A stretch of 64,000 nt of DNA from Candidatus Fimenecus sp. (lineage in GTDB: Bacteria > Bacillota > Clostridia > Oscillospirales > Acutalibacteraceae): positions 2,384-66,383 of the forward strand of contig JAZSBY010000014.1 of assembly GCA_045602655.1 (NCBI GenBank), written 5' to 3'. The notes under the pieces were generated by a model. The model was not told the origin of the DNA. It saw nothing but the letters and a program-made list of their open reading frames with translations, and searched no databases. Within the stretch, counting starts at the first letter, position 1; each line of letters opens with the position of its first letter. Shown one piece after another: positions 36,278-45,549 of this stretch. The translations under genes were made by a program, and so were the position numbers.

Positions 36278-38992
36278 TCATTTTTTTCGTGTCAGTGCAG
36301 GTACAAAAAGAATAACTGCCCATACTGCCTGATACACAAGAATCTGCCACACACCAATTTGTGACAATCCTGAAAGGAAAGTTAAAAGTGCAATAATTAT
36401 TACGCCGATTGCCGATGCAATAAGCTGAATCAACTTTGATGAGTTCACAAATGAATTGACAACAAATGCTCCGTGAAGTGCTGCAAGCATTGATTTCGCA
36501 CTGCCATCGTGAATGATTTTCGCATCGGTACGGTCTTTTTCCTCGTTGCAAATCTTTGCAAACATATCCCCCGCAACAGGGTTAATGATTTTGACTACAT
36601 TTTCAGGTAATCCGAATTCTCTTTCAAGAAATCTTTCTGTAATATTGGCATCAGCTGTCCTGAAGAAAATTGCGAGTCCGTCTTTTTCAAGTTCACGGAT
36701 ATACTTTGCTGTTTCCTTATTAGCTTTGTAAACCACGATAAACATAGCTGCAATTTTACCCTCAATGGCAAGGTAAATTACATTCTTGCCCATCTGCTTA
36801 TATTTTTCTTCCAGTTCTCTGTCCGGAGTTTCAACATTATGATGAACAAGCAAATCACGATTACCAACAAGGGCTCTGTGATTATGTATCCAGCAAGAAC
36901 AACCCAGTTTTTCCTCATAAGCCAAAGACTCAACGGGAAGGAGTAATTCTCTTTTTCCATCAATAACTCCCTCGAAAACATCTGCCAATACTCCGCCTGC
37001 TTCAATAACTACAGATGCTGTGTAGAGAATCGCTTCATCTATTCTCATTTTATGATATGTCTTCATTCCCTCAAGGTTACAGCCACCCTCTTCAAAGGCG
37101 TCGCAAGAGTCAATTATAACCCCATTTGAGTTAACTGCTTCTTCTACGGCACTATATCCGTTAAGCAGAGCACCTTCCTCATTTAAAAGCTTATTTGTTG
37201 CACGAAGATTAACTGCAGAGGCAACACTTGTTGCCATAGGCAATCCCATAAGTACAGCTGCGGTAAGAGCACTTATGCCAACAAACAGATTTGATGACAT
37301 AACCATTGCTGCAACGCCCACCACAAGGCCTACTGCAAGAGATAACAAAATTGTAAGTTTGCAAATTGACCCTGTTGTATCTGCTGAACGGGAAAGTTCA
37401 ATAAATTTCTGTGGAAAACCAACTTTTGTTGAATATTTAATATCAGGGCCTGCCAACAAGAGTCCTCTTGAAATTTCGTTGGCAACATCCTCGTCAGCAA
37501 TATTTTCAACACTATAACAATCGCGTATATTACTTGCAAGAAATTCAAAATTTTCGCCGTCGTTTTTGCTTTGAATCAATTCTCCCACATATTTCATAAT
37601 CATGGGAACAACAGCTGCACCCGTAGTCAAGCTTGCAACAGACTCAATGCTATCTGTAAAGGCAAAGCTTACAATACACTGAACTGCACCAAAAATTGCG
37701 GCAAGTGATACAACCGTATCCATATCAACTATACGGTTTTTTATATTTTCCCACGCCTTTTTAAAGGAATTAAGGCTTATAACAGATGCTGCAATCAATA
37801 GCACCAGTTGGAAAAGGGAATATACAAACTCATTGTTGCCGTAAAGTTCAAAATTGCCGTTATCCGAACCTGCAATAGTAGCGAGAATTGACATAACCAG
37901 ACAAATCAAAGAAGTTGAAACAAGCTTTACAAAAATTCCTTTTTTCTCAGTTGCAAACACTTTTCTTACTGCATTCTCGTCCTTAGGTCCAAAATACTCA
38001 CGGATAACAGAAACTCTTTGACGGGCATATCGTTTTTTTGGTGTTGAATTCTCAAACTCCTGCTTGAAAATCAAATCTCCCTCAATAAAATCTTTTACTT
38101 TGTCCTTACGGCTCTCTCTGAGTTCTGCCTCAGCCTGTTCTTCTGTTTGCTGTAATATTTCCTCTTTTTCCGCAAAGCCCTCAATCATAATCTGATTATC
38201 ATCTTCAACATCATTAGCAATTGTGGAAATAAATCTGGTTTTTTCCTGCTCATATTCATACTCTGCAGGTACAAGAGTTGGAACCGGGGCAATTCCGTCC
38301 GTGTTTTGTGTAGCCTGACGATTCTTTACCACAACACCGGGGGTTTCAATAGTCTTCTGTGGCATAGACTCAGTTATTGCGCGATGCTCTGCTGTACTTT
38401 CAATTTTCTGTACAGGCTTATTGAAAAAATGCTTCTTGATTTTTTCTTCTGCTGATACAGGTGTTACAAGTGGTTGTGCATCACCACTTGTTGTTCTCAC
38501 AACCTTGTTTCCTAAATTATGAGAAATATTAGGATTATATTCGCTTCTAATGTCAACCTCGTTGAACATTCTTGTTTTTTCAATAGAAATCTGACCCGTA
38601 ATAGGCTTTACTTCTTCCTCAACCGATATTTCCTCTTCAACTATTTCATCTTCAACAGAATCAATACCAATCTGTCCATCTTCATCAACTGACGCAGGGA
38701 TTCCGTCAAAATCAACATCCTCATCCAAAGCTTCAACCTTTGAAAAATCAAAGGTGAATTTCTTGTTTGGCTTTTCCTTTTTTTCAAAGGTAAAGGTAAT
38801 TTCCCTTGCTTTTTCTTGGTTTTTTTCTGTCTGTGATGTTACATCTTCTCTTGTTGCGTATTCCTTTGCATCTTCAAGAATAAAGTCAATATCCACAGCA
38901 GAATATTCTGTCTGCTGTGCCTTGTCCAAGTCATATTTCCTTGTTGAATTAAGAATATCATCAATTAAAGAATCAGGTATTCTCTCTGCCAT
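36278..38992 (-). CDS. P1B-type ATPase homologue with degenerate catalytic motifs and a 340-aa acidic N-terminal extension
   Basis: By-eye alignment to CopA-type pumps: MDTVVSLAAIFG (TM), GNRDLL, and GKNVIYLAIEGKIAAMF are retained. DKTGT reads DSCDA, TGDN reads TADAN, and GDGxNDxP reads HDGSAKS. No TGE or CPC motif. Confidence 0.6.
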   Translation of the reverse strand: MAERIPDSLIDDILNSTRKYDLDKAQQTEYSAVDIDFILEDAKEYATREDVTSQTEKNQEKAREITFTFEKKEKPNKKFTFDFSKVEALDEDVDFDGIPASVDEDGQIGIDSVEDEIVEEEISVEEEVKPITGQISIEKTRMFNEVDIRSEYNPNISHNLGNKVVRTTSGDAQPLVTPVSAEEKIKKHFFNKPVQKIESTAEHRAITESMPQKTIETPGVVVKNRQATQNTDGIAPVPTLVPAEYEYEQEKTRFISTIANDVEDDNQIMIEGFAEKEEILQQTEEQAEAELRESRKDKVKDFIEGDLIFKQEFENSTPKKRYARQRVSVIREYFGPKDENAVRKVFATEKKGIFVKLVSTSLICLVMSILATIAGSDNGNFELYGNNEFVYSLFQLVLLIAASVISLNSFKKAWENIKNRIVDMDTVVSLAAIFGAVQCIVSFAFTDSIESVASLTTGAAVVPMIMKYVGELIQSKNDGENFEFLASNIRDCYSVENIADEDVANEISRGLLLAGPDIKYSTKVGFPQKFIELSRSADTTGSICKLTILLSLAVGLVVGVAAMVMSSNLFVGISALTAAVLMGLPMATSVASAVNLRATNKLLNEEGALLNGYSAVEEAVNSNGVIIDSCDAFEEGGCNLEGMKTYHKMRIDEAILYTASVVIEAGGVLADVFEGVIDGKRELLLPVESLAYEEKLGCSCWIHNHRALVGNRDLLVHHNVETPDRELEEKYKQMGKNVIYLAIEGKIAAMFIVVYKANKETAKYIRELEKDGLAIFFRTADANITERFLEREFGLPENVVKIINPVAGDMFAKICNEEKDRTDAKIIHDGSAKSMLAALHGAFVVNSFVNSSKLIQLIASAIGVIIIALLTFLSGLSQIGVWQILVYQAVWAVILFVPALTRKK

Positions 38993-39037
38993 AATAAAAT
39001 TCCCCCGAAAAATCTATTACAGATAAATTAAGCAAAA

Positions 39038-39787
39038 CTATCTTTTATATGCAAATTCATACATTAAAATCCCACCGGCAACGGAAGCGTTAAGAGAATT
39101 GATTTGTCCTTTCATTTTAAGTGAGACAATAAAGTCGCATTTTTCACGGACAATTCTGCTCATTCCGTCACCTTCTGAACCGATAACAAGAACTGCTGCA
39201 CCATCAAGGTTTACCGAACGGATATCCTCGCCATCCATATCTGCACCATACACCCACATGCCTTTTTCCTTCAGCTCATCAAGAGTCGCTGCAAGGTTTG
39301 ACACACGGGCAACCTTCATATATTCAAGTGCACCTGCACTTGTTTTTCCCACGGTGTAGTTAAGAGATGCACTTCTGCGTTTTGGAATAATTATTCCGTG
39401 AACACCTGCTGCTTCCGCAGTTCTGATAATTGCACCTAAATTATGTGGGTCCTCAATTCCGTCACAGGCAACGATAAACGGTTTTTCACCACGGTCTTCT
39501 GCTACTGCAAGGATTTCCTCAACTGTTGCATAGTCGTGAGCTGCACAAATTGCTACAACGCCCTGATGATTACTGTGTCCACACATAAAATCAAGTTTTT
39601 TCTTATCGACTTCTTTAACCACAGCACCCTTGTCACGGCATTGACCTATTATTTTTCCGACAGAGCCACTCTTTTCGCCACGAAGAACAAACAAAGTATC
39701 AATTTCCCGTCCTGACTTTATAAGCTCCGTTACAGCGTTTCTGCCGATTATTAAATCCTTCTTTTTTTCTTCATTGAATATATCCAT
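39038..39787 (-). CDS. rlmB: 23S rRNA (guanosine-2'-O)-methyltransferase, SpoU/TrmH family
   Basis: SpoU motifs (PHNLGAIIRTA, LVIGSEGDGMS, SLNASVA). Confidence 0.85.
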   Translation of the reverse strand: MDIFNEEKKKDLIIGRNAVTELIKSGREIDTLFVLRGEKSGSVGKIIGQCRDKGAVVKEVDKKKLDFMCGHSNHQGVVAICAAHDYATVEEILAVAEDRGEKPFIVACDGIEDPHNLGAIIRTAEAAGVHGIIIPKRRSASLNYTVGKTSAGALEYMKVARVSNLAATLDELKEKGMWVYGADMDGEDIRSVNLDGAAVLVIGSEGDGMSRIVREKCDFIVSLKMKGQINSLNASVAGGILMYEFAYKR

Positions 39788-39934
39788 TTCAGACCTCTTT
39801 TGAGCATAATTATAGATATTAGTCTTAATAATTTATTATAACAAATAATAAACAATAATACAAGTAAAAATTGCTCTAAACCCAAGAAAAATGAGAGGTG
39901 ATAAAAACACCTCTCATTGCAAAATAATATTAAC

Positions 39935-40360
39935 TTACCCTAAAAAGCCACTATCCTCTGTTGCATCCTCGCTTGCAGGTTCACTCGTTTCTGGTTCCTC
40001 AGACTGTGAAGGCTTCTCCGTTGATGGTTCTTCAGGCTCCTGCGGTTGTGTTGGAGCAACCGGTTCTGTCGGTTTTACCGGTTCTGTTGGTTTAACAGGC
40101 TCAGTAGGTTTTACGGGATTCGGTTTGCTGCTGTTTGTTGGTTTTTCGCTTGTAGGTTCTGTAGTATCATCTTCAATAGAGGAGAGTTCCTCCATAAATG
40201 TCAAACTTTCGCTTTCTGTCTCTTCCTCTTCTTCAGTTGTCTGCGTTGCTCTGGTAATCTGCGGAGTCGGTCCGACCTGCTCATACACAGGTTCACTGGT
40301 ACAAGCTACAAAGCCTACTGCCATTACAAGAATTAAAACTGCCACTATGTAATACTTCAT
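39935..40360 (-). CDS. Acidic Pro/Thr/Glu-rich lipoprotein
   Basis: Signal peptide with a lipobox-like GFVAC. KPTEPV repeats. Strong RBS ggagg and an ATGA overlap with the upstream gene. Confidence 0.6.
   Translation of the reverse strand: MKYYIVAVLILVMAVGFVACTSEPVYEQVGPTPQITRATQTTEEEEETESESLTFMEELSSIEDDTTEPTSEKPTNSSKPNPVKPTEPVKPTEPVKPTEPVAPTQPQEPEEPSTEKPSQSEEPETSEPASEDATEDSGFLG
40059..40130. repeat. Four imperfect 18-bp tandem repeats inside the lipoprotein gene
   Basis: Units accggttctgtcggtttt, accggttctgttggttta, acaggctcagtaggtttt and acgggattcggtttgctg. They encode (V/N)KPTEP units on the minus strand. Confidence 0.7.
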
Positions 40361-41229
40361 TTATATACCTCCAAAATATTTCCGTAAACTTGAACTACCT
40401 CTAACTTATCACTTTTTAAAAAATCATAAGGTGTAATAATTCTTCCGCCTTGTGGTGAAATATCAATTCCAAAGTGGTAATAAGCATACCACACAAGATG
40501 TGCACATTGTGTCGCATAAGGGACCTTGTCCGCATTTCTTCCTGTAAAAATTCCTGAAAACAAGGAATACGGTAGTCCCCTCAAACTTTCATCGGCAAAA
40601 TCCGCAACTTCTTCTGCTTTTTCTTCGCTCTGGTCCTTCACTCGCAAAAGGGCAACCATAGGAAAATCCTTCCAGGTGTTCACATAGCCGTAATCCGATT
40701 TTTCGCCCACCATAAGAGCCTGTACACAAAGCCCATTCTTCGCATCTGTAACAATGGCAGCGTGTCCGTGACGCCATCCAAGGGAATGGATGCTTAAGGT
40801 TACAATTATATCCCCTTCTCTTATGTCTGCAAACAGCGGATTATCAATAAACTCACCGTTGCTGTCTTGAATTGATTCGTGACAGGCAAAAATTCCTTCC
40901 CTATAACAGTAATATTCCTTGTCCATAAGAAAATAATCTCTGTAGTATTCTATTTTCCGTGTTTCTCCTTGTGAAACAAGTAAATCAAAAGCACTTTTTC
41001 CAAGCCCTGTTTGGGACATAACAAATTCATATTCTTCATCTGTAAAAGATGCTCTATCGTTGATTTTTTCAACTATATTTTCCCATTCTGCATCGCACCT
41101 GACAGCATCCTCATAAGCCATCGTGTCAGCCCATTCGCTTAATCCGAAATCAATTAAACTGAATGCCAAAACCGATACAAGGAATATGCAAATAACACGA
41201 ATTCCTTTAATTTTACCTTTGTTTTCCAC
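40357..41229 (-). CDS. Membrane-anchored permuted papain-fold (YiiX/C92-like) hydrolase
   Basis: N-terminal TM helix, GDIIV...WRHGHAAIV (His first), then QCAHLVWYAY (Cys later). Family assignment is tentative. Confidence 0.45.
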   Translation of the reverse strand: MENKGKIKGIRVICIFLVSVLAFSLIDFGLSEWADTMAYEDAVRCDAEWENIVEKINDRASFTDEEYEFVMSQTGLGKSAFDLLVSQGETRKIEYYRDYFLMDKEYYCYREGIFACHESIQDSNGEFIDNPLFADIREGDIIVTLSIHSLGWRHGHAAIVTDAKNGLCVQALMVGEKSDYGYVNTWKDFPMVALLRVKDQSEEKAEEVADFADESLRGLPYSLFSGIFTGRNADKVPYATQCAHLVWYAYYHFGIDISPQGGRIITPYDFLKSDKLEVVQVYGNILEVYK

Positions 41230-41356
41230 TCAATATTCTCCTGAAATATATGTCTATTTTGATTATACCATATTTTTTCAAAAATTCAATTCTTCCAATA
41301 TAAATTCATAATAATATTTCGCTATGATGGAATAATAAAACAAAGGATGTGATTAA

Positions 41357-41800
41357 ATGTCAACAACGAATAACGAATATAATAAGATGGCAGAAAAAGC
41401 ATCCCCGCCATCACCTAAAATCTTAAATTGTATCAAGGCATTTTTAATCGGTGGATTTATATGCACCTTCGGAGAATTCCTCAATTGGGGTTTAAAGAAA
41501 TTAGAGTTTTCAGAAGAAGCAGTTAAAGCCTTAACACCCTCCATCTTAATAATAATTGCCGCAATTCTTACAGGAGTGGGTGTCTTTGATAAAATTGCCA
41601 AACACGCAGGTGCAGGTACAATAGTACCCATAACCGGTTTTGCAAACTCCGTTGTTTCGCCTGCACTTGAATTCAAATCTGAAGGCATCATTATGGGAAC
41701 GGGTGCTAATATTTTCAAAATCGCAGGGCCTGTAATTGCCTATGGAATCTTTTCTGCTGTGGTTTATGGAGCAATTTGTTATATTTTTAAGTTGTATTAG
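41357..41800 (+). CDS. spoVAC: Stage V sporulation protein AC
   Basis: FLIGGFICTFGE ... ITGFANSVVSPALEFKSEGIIMGTGANIFKIAGPVI matches the SpoVAC family pattern. Confidence 0.85.
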   Translation: MSTTNNEYNKMAEKASPPSPKILNCIKAFLIGGFICTFGEFLNWGLKKLEFSEEAVKALTPSILIIIAAILTGVGVFDKIAKHAGAGTIVPITGFANSVVSPALEFKSEGIIMGTGANIFKIAGPVIAYGIFSAVVYGAICYIFKLY

Positions 41801-41837
41801 TTTGACAAATTGGAGTTTGTCTAACTGAAATTATGCA

Positions 41838-41875
41838 TAAAAAGCACCTCAACTTGAGGTGCTTTGATTGTTTTT
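41838..41875. terminator. Bidirectional terminator between spoVAC and the GPH transporter gene
   Basis: Stem aaagcacctca / tgaggtgcttt, with T-runs on both strands. Confidence 0.75.
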
Positions 41876-41878
41876 AGA

Positions 41879-43396
41879 CTATTCTGCTGTTTGTGCTTCT
41901 GCTTCGTGCTTTTCGCGAAGTGATTCATAAATAGGTTCCATCTTCTCTTTAGTGAGAGGATATCCAAATTGGAATATAAGCCATACACTGGTATAAACAA
42001 TAGCAGGAATGATTGTACAGATAAACATAATCTTTTTACTTGTATCGTTCTCTGCAATAAATCCATTACCGGCAGTAAGGCTATCATATTTTGCCCACTG
42101 AAGAAGGAAAAGTCCACCTGCGTCTGCAACTGCCTGGCCTAACTGACGACCAAATGTATATGCAGAATATACTGCACTTTCATTTCTGATGCCTGTTGTG
42201 TATTCCTGATAATCAATAACGTCCATAACAACAGCCCAACAAGTAAGGCTTACGAATGTATAACCGAAGCCGATAAGAAGTAAGCAAAGCATATAGAGCC
42301 ATGCGGGATAAATTCCCTGTTCCGGATTTATCCACATAATGAAATCTTCGTTGTTTGCAGTAACAAAAAGGAAAACAGATGTTATGGCAGAAATGATTGA
42401 CATTCTTCCGCAAAGTTCTTTTTTACCGAATTTTGCAGAAAGCTTTGGTGTGAACAAAATCAGCAACACCATTGGAAGATAGTTGCAGATTGTACCGATA
42501 ATGCTAAGACCTGTGTTTGTGAAGTAGTTCTTATAGAGATAAGCATTGAACGAGCCGAATTGAAGCTGACCGCTGATTAACACACCTGAAAGGGTAAGCA
42601 TTACGAATGGTCTTGACTTAAAGAGTCCCTTATATACACCCTTTAAATCCACATTTTCATCATCAACAGCAGGAACTCTTTCCTTAACCATTTTATGACC
42701 GATAAGGTAGGTAACTATTGAGAAAATACCCATAAGAAGTGCGTACATAAACATTCTGTTACCGTCAGCAACTTCAATCTCCTTACCTGTCTGCTCATCA
42801 AAAACACCTGTACCAACATAGATAACCATTGGAGCAATGAGAAGAACTACTGCACCGCCGATACCACTACCTACTGAACGGGCAGTTGAAAGAAGTGTTC
42901 TTCCTTTAGGGTCATCAGTAATAACTGATGCCAATGAACCGAAAGGAATGTTCATAGCGGTATACATTGTACAATAAATCAAATACAACACAATAGCCAG
43001 AACAAAAAGAAGCATTGGTTTCTCTGCCAAAGTCTGATTATAGAAAATTGAATTTGGGTCATTAAAAGGAATAAAGCAGATTACTGTTGAAATACCCAAA
43101 GGTACGGCAACAAGTCTTAAATACTGACGATATTTACCGTCTTTACCCGCTTTTCTCTTGGAAACAACAGCACCCCAAAGCGGGTCATTAACTACATCCC
43201 AAAGGCGGGTGATAATGAACATATAACCAACAAGTTTTGGTGCTATCTTCAAAACATCAGTCATAAAGACTTTCAAATAACTTGAAATGTATGTAAGGTT
43301 AAACATATTACCGGCTTCGGCAATAGTGTAACCGGCAATATCCTTAAAGCCTATTCGGTTAGGATGGTTATTGACCTGTTTTTCTTTTTTTGACAT
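41879..43396 (-). CDS. Glycoside-pentoside-hexuronide (GPH):cation symporter family transporter
   Basis: About 12 TM helices and a GPH-like N-terminal motif region (DPLWGAVVSK). Start at 43396 follows RBS aggggg. Confidence 0.75.
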   Translation of the reverse strand: MSKKEKQVNNHPNRIGFKDIAGYTIAEAGNMFNLTYISSYLKVFMTDVLKIAPKLVGYMFIITRLWDVVNDPLWGAVVSKRKAGKDGKYRQYLRLVAVPLGISTVICFIPFNDPNSIFYNQTLAEKPMLLFVLAIVLYLIYCTMYTAMNIPFGSLASVITDDPKGRTLLSTARSVGSGIGGAVVLLIAPMVIYVGTGVFDEQTGKEIEVADGNRMFMYALLMGIFSIVTYLIGHKMVKERVPAVDDENVDLKGVYKGLFKSRPFVMLTLSGVLISGQLQFGSFNAYLYKNYFTNTGLSIIGTICNYLPMVLLILFTPKLSAKFGKKELCGRMSIISAITSVFLFVTANNEDFIMWINPEQGIYPAWLYMLCLLLIGFGYTFVSLTCWAVVMDVIDYQEYTTGIRNESAVYSAYTFGRQLGQAVADAGGLFLLQWAKYDSLTAGNGFIAENDTSKKIMFICTIIPAIVYTSVWLIFQFGYPLTKEKMEPIYESLREKHEAEAQTAE

Positions 43397-43517
43397 AAAG
43401 GTTATTCCCCCTTCTTGTTTCAATAAAAGAATAATAACACTTTTCATTAGTTTTTTCAATAGGTAAAACCTTTTATGTATTTTCTCCTTGCAGATTTTTG
43501 TTATCTTTCACTATTTA

Positions 43518-43546
43518 TTGACATAAAAATTTTATAGTATTATAAT
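43518..43546 (+). promoter_or_regulatory. Consensus sigma-70 promoter
   Basis: TTGACA at 43518-43523, an exact 17-nt spacer, and TATAAT at 43541-43546. Confidence 0.7.
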
Positions 43547-43595
43547 TGTATAAATAAGTCGAATTTATGCCTTTAATATTAAGGGGGAAATAAAT

Positions 43596-44813
43596 ATGGC
43601 ACAGGTTGCTGATATAATCAAATATGAGGGAGATAATACCACCTTTATCTGGAAGCATCCCATTGAGGATTTTAATAGCCTTTCACAATTGCTTGTTCAC
43701 GAAAACCAAGAGGCAATCCTCTTCTTAAACGGTCAGGCTCTTGACCTTTTTGGTCCGGGACGGCACACTCTTGAAACACAGAATATACCTGAACTGAGCA
43801 AGGCTTTAAACCGTACAACAGGTGACGAAACGCCATTTCATTGTGAAATATACTTTATAAACAAAGTTGAGCAAATGGCAATCAAATGGGGTACTGATTC
43901 AAAAGTTCAGTACATTGAACCAACATATAAATTCCCTATTTCAATAGGTGCAAGTGGTGAAATGAGTCTTCGTGCAGAAAATTCACGCAAACTCCTTTTG
44001 AAACTCGTTGGAACTGAAAGTTTCTTGACACAGGCAAAGCTTGTAGCATTCTTCCGTTTCTTCCTTATGACAAGGGTTAAGACATATATTGCCCAGGCAA
44101 TGAAAACAAACAATATAAACATTTTCGAGATTGATGAAAACCTTACAGTCTTTTCTGATGCAATCAAGGCTCTTCTCGTAAATGATTTCGCTGACTACGG
44201 TATTGCCCTTGAGCAGTTTTTTGTAACTACGGTTGTTAAGCCTGATGGAGATAAGCAATACGAACAGTTCAAGGAACTTCATTTCCGTCAGTATGCCGAT
44301 ATTGCAGAGGCTAAACTTCGCCAGCAAAGAGAAATTATTGATGCTGAAACACAGGCACAAAAAATTGTTATAGATTCCAAGGCACAAGCAGCAAAGCGTG
44401 CACAGGAAGGCTACACTTACAGTCAGGAACGTGGCTTTGATGTTGCAGAAAAAATTGCTGAAAATGAAGCAGTTGGTGAGTTTACAAATATGGGTGTCGG
44501 TCTTGGCACAATGGCAGGTGTTGGCGGTGCTGTCGGCGGTGTTGTCGGTGGTGCTGTTAATGATGCTATTTCATCAACAACAGCAAAATGTGAAAAATGC
44601 GGTGCTGTTCTTCCTCAAAAATCGAAATTCTGCCTTCAATGCGGAGAAAAAGTAGTTGAGGCAAATCTCATAACTTGTCCTAACTGTGGAAAATCCGTTC
44701 AAAAGGCTAAATTCTGTCTTGAATGCGGATACAAATTTGTTGCTGTCTGCTCAAAATGTGGTACAGAGGTTGAAAACGGTGTATTCTGTCCCCAATGTGG
44801 CGAAAAACTTTAA
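43596..44813 (+). CDS. SPFH-like (YdjI/COG4260-type) protein with three C-terminal zinc ribbons
   Basis: N-terminus AQVADIIKYEGDNTTFIWKHP is typical of the YdjI-like family. The C-terminus has six CxxC pairs. Confidence 0.65.
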   Translation: MAQVADIIKYEGDNTTFIWKHPIEDFNSLSQLLVHENQEAILFLNGQALDLFGPGRHTLETQNIPELSKALNRTTGDETPFHCEIYFINKVEQMAIKWGTDSKVQYIEPTYKFPISIGASGEMSLRAENSRKLLLKLVGTESFLTQAKLVAFFRFFLMTRVKTYIAQAMKTNNINIFEIDENLTVFSDAIKALLVNDFADYGIALEQFFVTTVVKPDGDKQYEQFKELHFRQYADIAEAKLRQQREIIDAETQAQKIVIDSKAQAAKRAQEGYTYSQERGFDVAEKIAENEAVGEFTNMGVGLGTMAGVGGAVGGVVGGAVNDAISSTTAKCEKCGAVLPQKSKFCLQCGEKVVEANLITCPNCGKSVQKAKFCLECGYKFVAVCSKCGTEVENGVFCPQCGEKL

Positions 44814-44828
44814 TTGGAGGTAACGAAA

Positions 44829-45536
44829 ATGAAAATAAGCAAAAATTTTAAATTATATGCAATTGTATGGGCAATTCTTCTTGTACTTTTTAATGTCATA
44901 GTTTTTGTAACACCGTCCGAATTTGAAGGTGAAAGCAAATTTACAGACAGTTTCTGGATTGGTTATGCTCTTATTACCATCAGTTTTGTTGGTCAGCTTA
45001 TCTGTTCTTACATAGGTCTTAAGGATGATAATCTCAATAAAATCTTCTTCAATATTCCTCTTTTAAGAGTTAGCGTTACAAGCCTTGTTATAAGTGCAGT
45101 GGCAGGCTCGGTTTTCATGGCATTTTTCAGTGTTGAAGGTTGGATTTCCGCCCTTATCAGCATAGTTATTCTCGCTTTTGTTGCTATTGCAACCATAAAA
45201 GCAAAGGCAACGGGAGATATTACAGAAGCTGTTGAAAAGAAAATCAAAGAGCAGACCTTCTTTATCAGAAATCTTACTGTCGATGCAGAAAATCTTCTTG
45301 CAAGAGCAAACACAACCGAAACAAAGGCAATTGTTAAAAAGGTTTATGAAGCAATCAGATATTCTGACCCTATGAGCAACGATAATCTCAATGATATTGA
45401 GGGAAGAATCGGCTATGAATTCAAAACATTTGAAATGGCTGTTAAAAGCGGTGACACTGCCGTCATTGAAAATCAGGCAGAAGAATTACTTATTTTAATT
45501 GACAACAGAAATAACAAGTGCAAGGCACTTAAATAA
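44829..45536 (+). CDS. Four-TM membrane protein with a helical cytoplasmic tail
   Basis: Hydrophobicity pattern. ATG at 44829 lies 7 nt after the ggagg RBS. Confidence 0.6.
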   Translation: MKISKNFKLYAIVWAILLVLFNVIVFVTPSEFEGESKFTDSFWIGYALITISFVGQLICSYIGLKDDNLNKIFFNIPLLRVSVTSLVISAVAGSVFMAFFSVEGWISALISIVILAFVAIATIKAKATGDITEAVEKKIKEQTFFIRNLTVDAENLLARANTTETKAIVKKVYEAIRYSDPMSNDNLNDIEGRIGYEFKTFEMAVKSGDTAVIENQAEELLILIDNRNNKCKALK

Positions 45537-45549
45537 TTGAGGTAATACA

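Noticed and set aside
39891-40352. 153-aa + strand ORF rich in Gly/Ser/Val
   Set aside because: It mirrors the minus-strand lipoprotein gene. That gene has a strong ggagg RBS, a signal peptide with a lipobox, and translational coupling to its neighbour.
41353-41718. 121-aa minus-strand ORF
   Set aside because: It is antisense to spoVAC, whose translation matches the SpoVAC family along its whole length.
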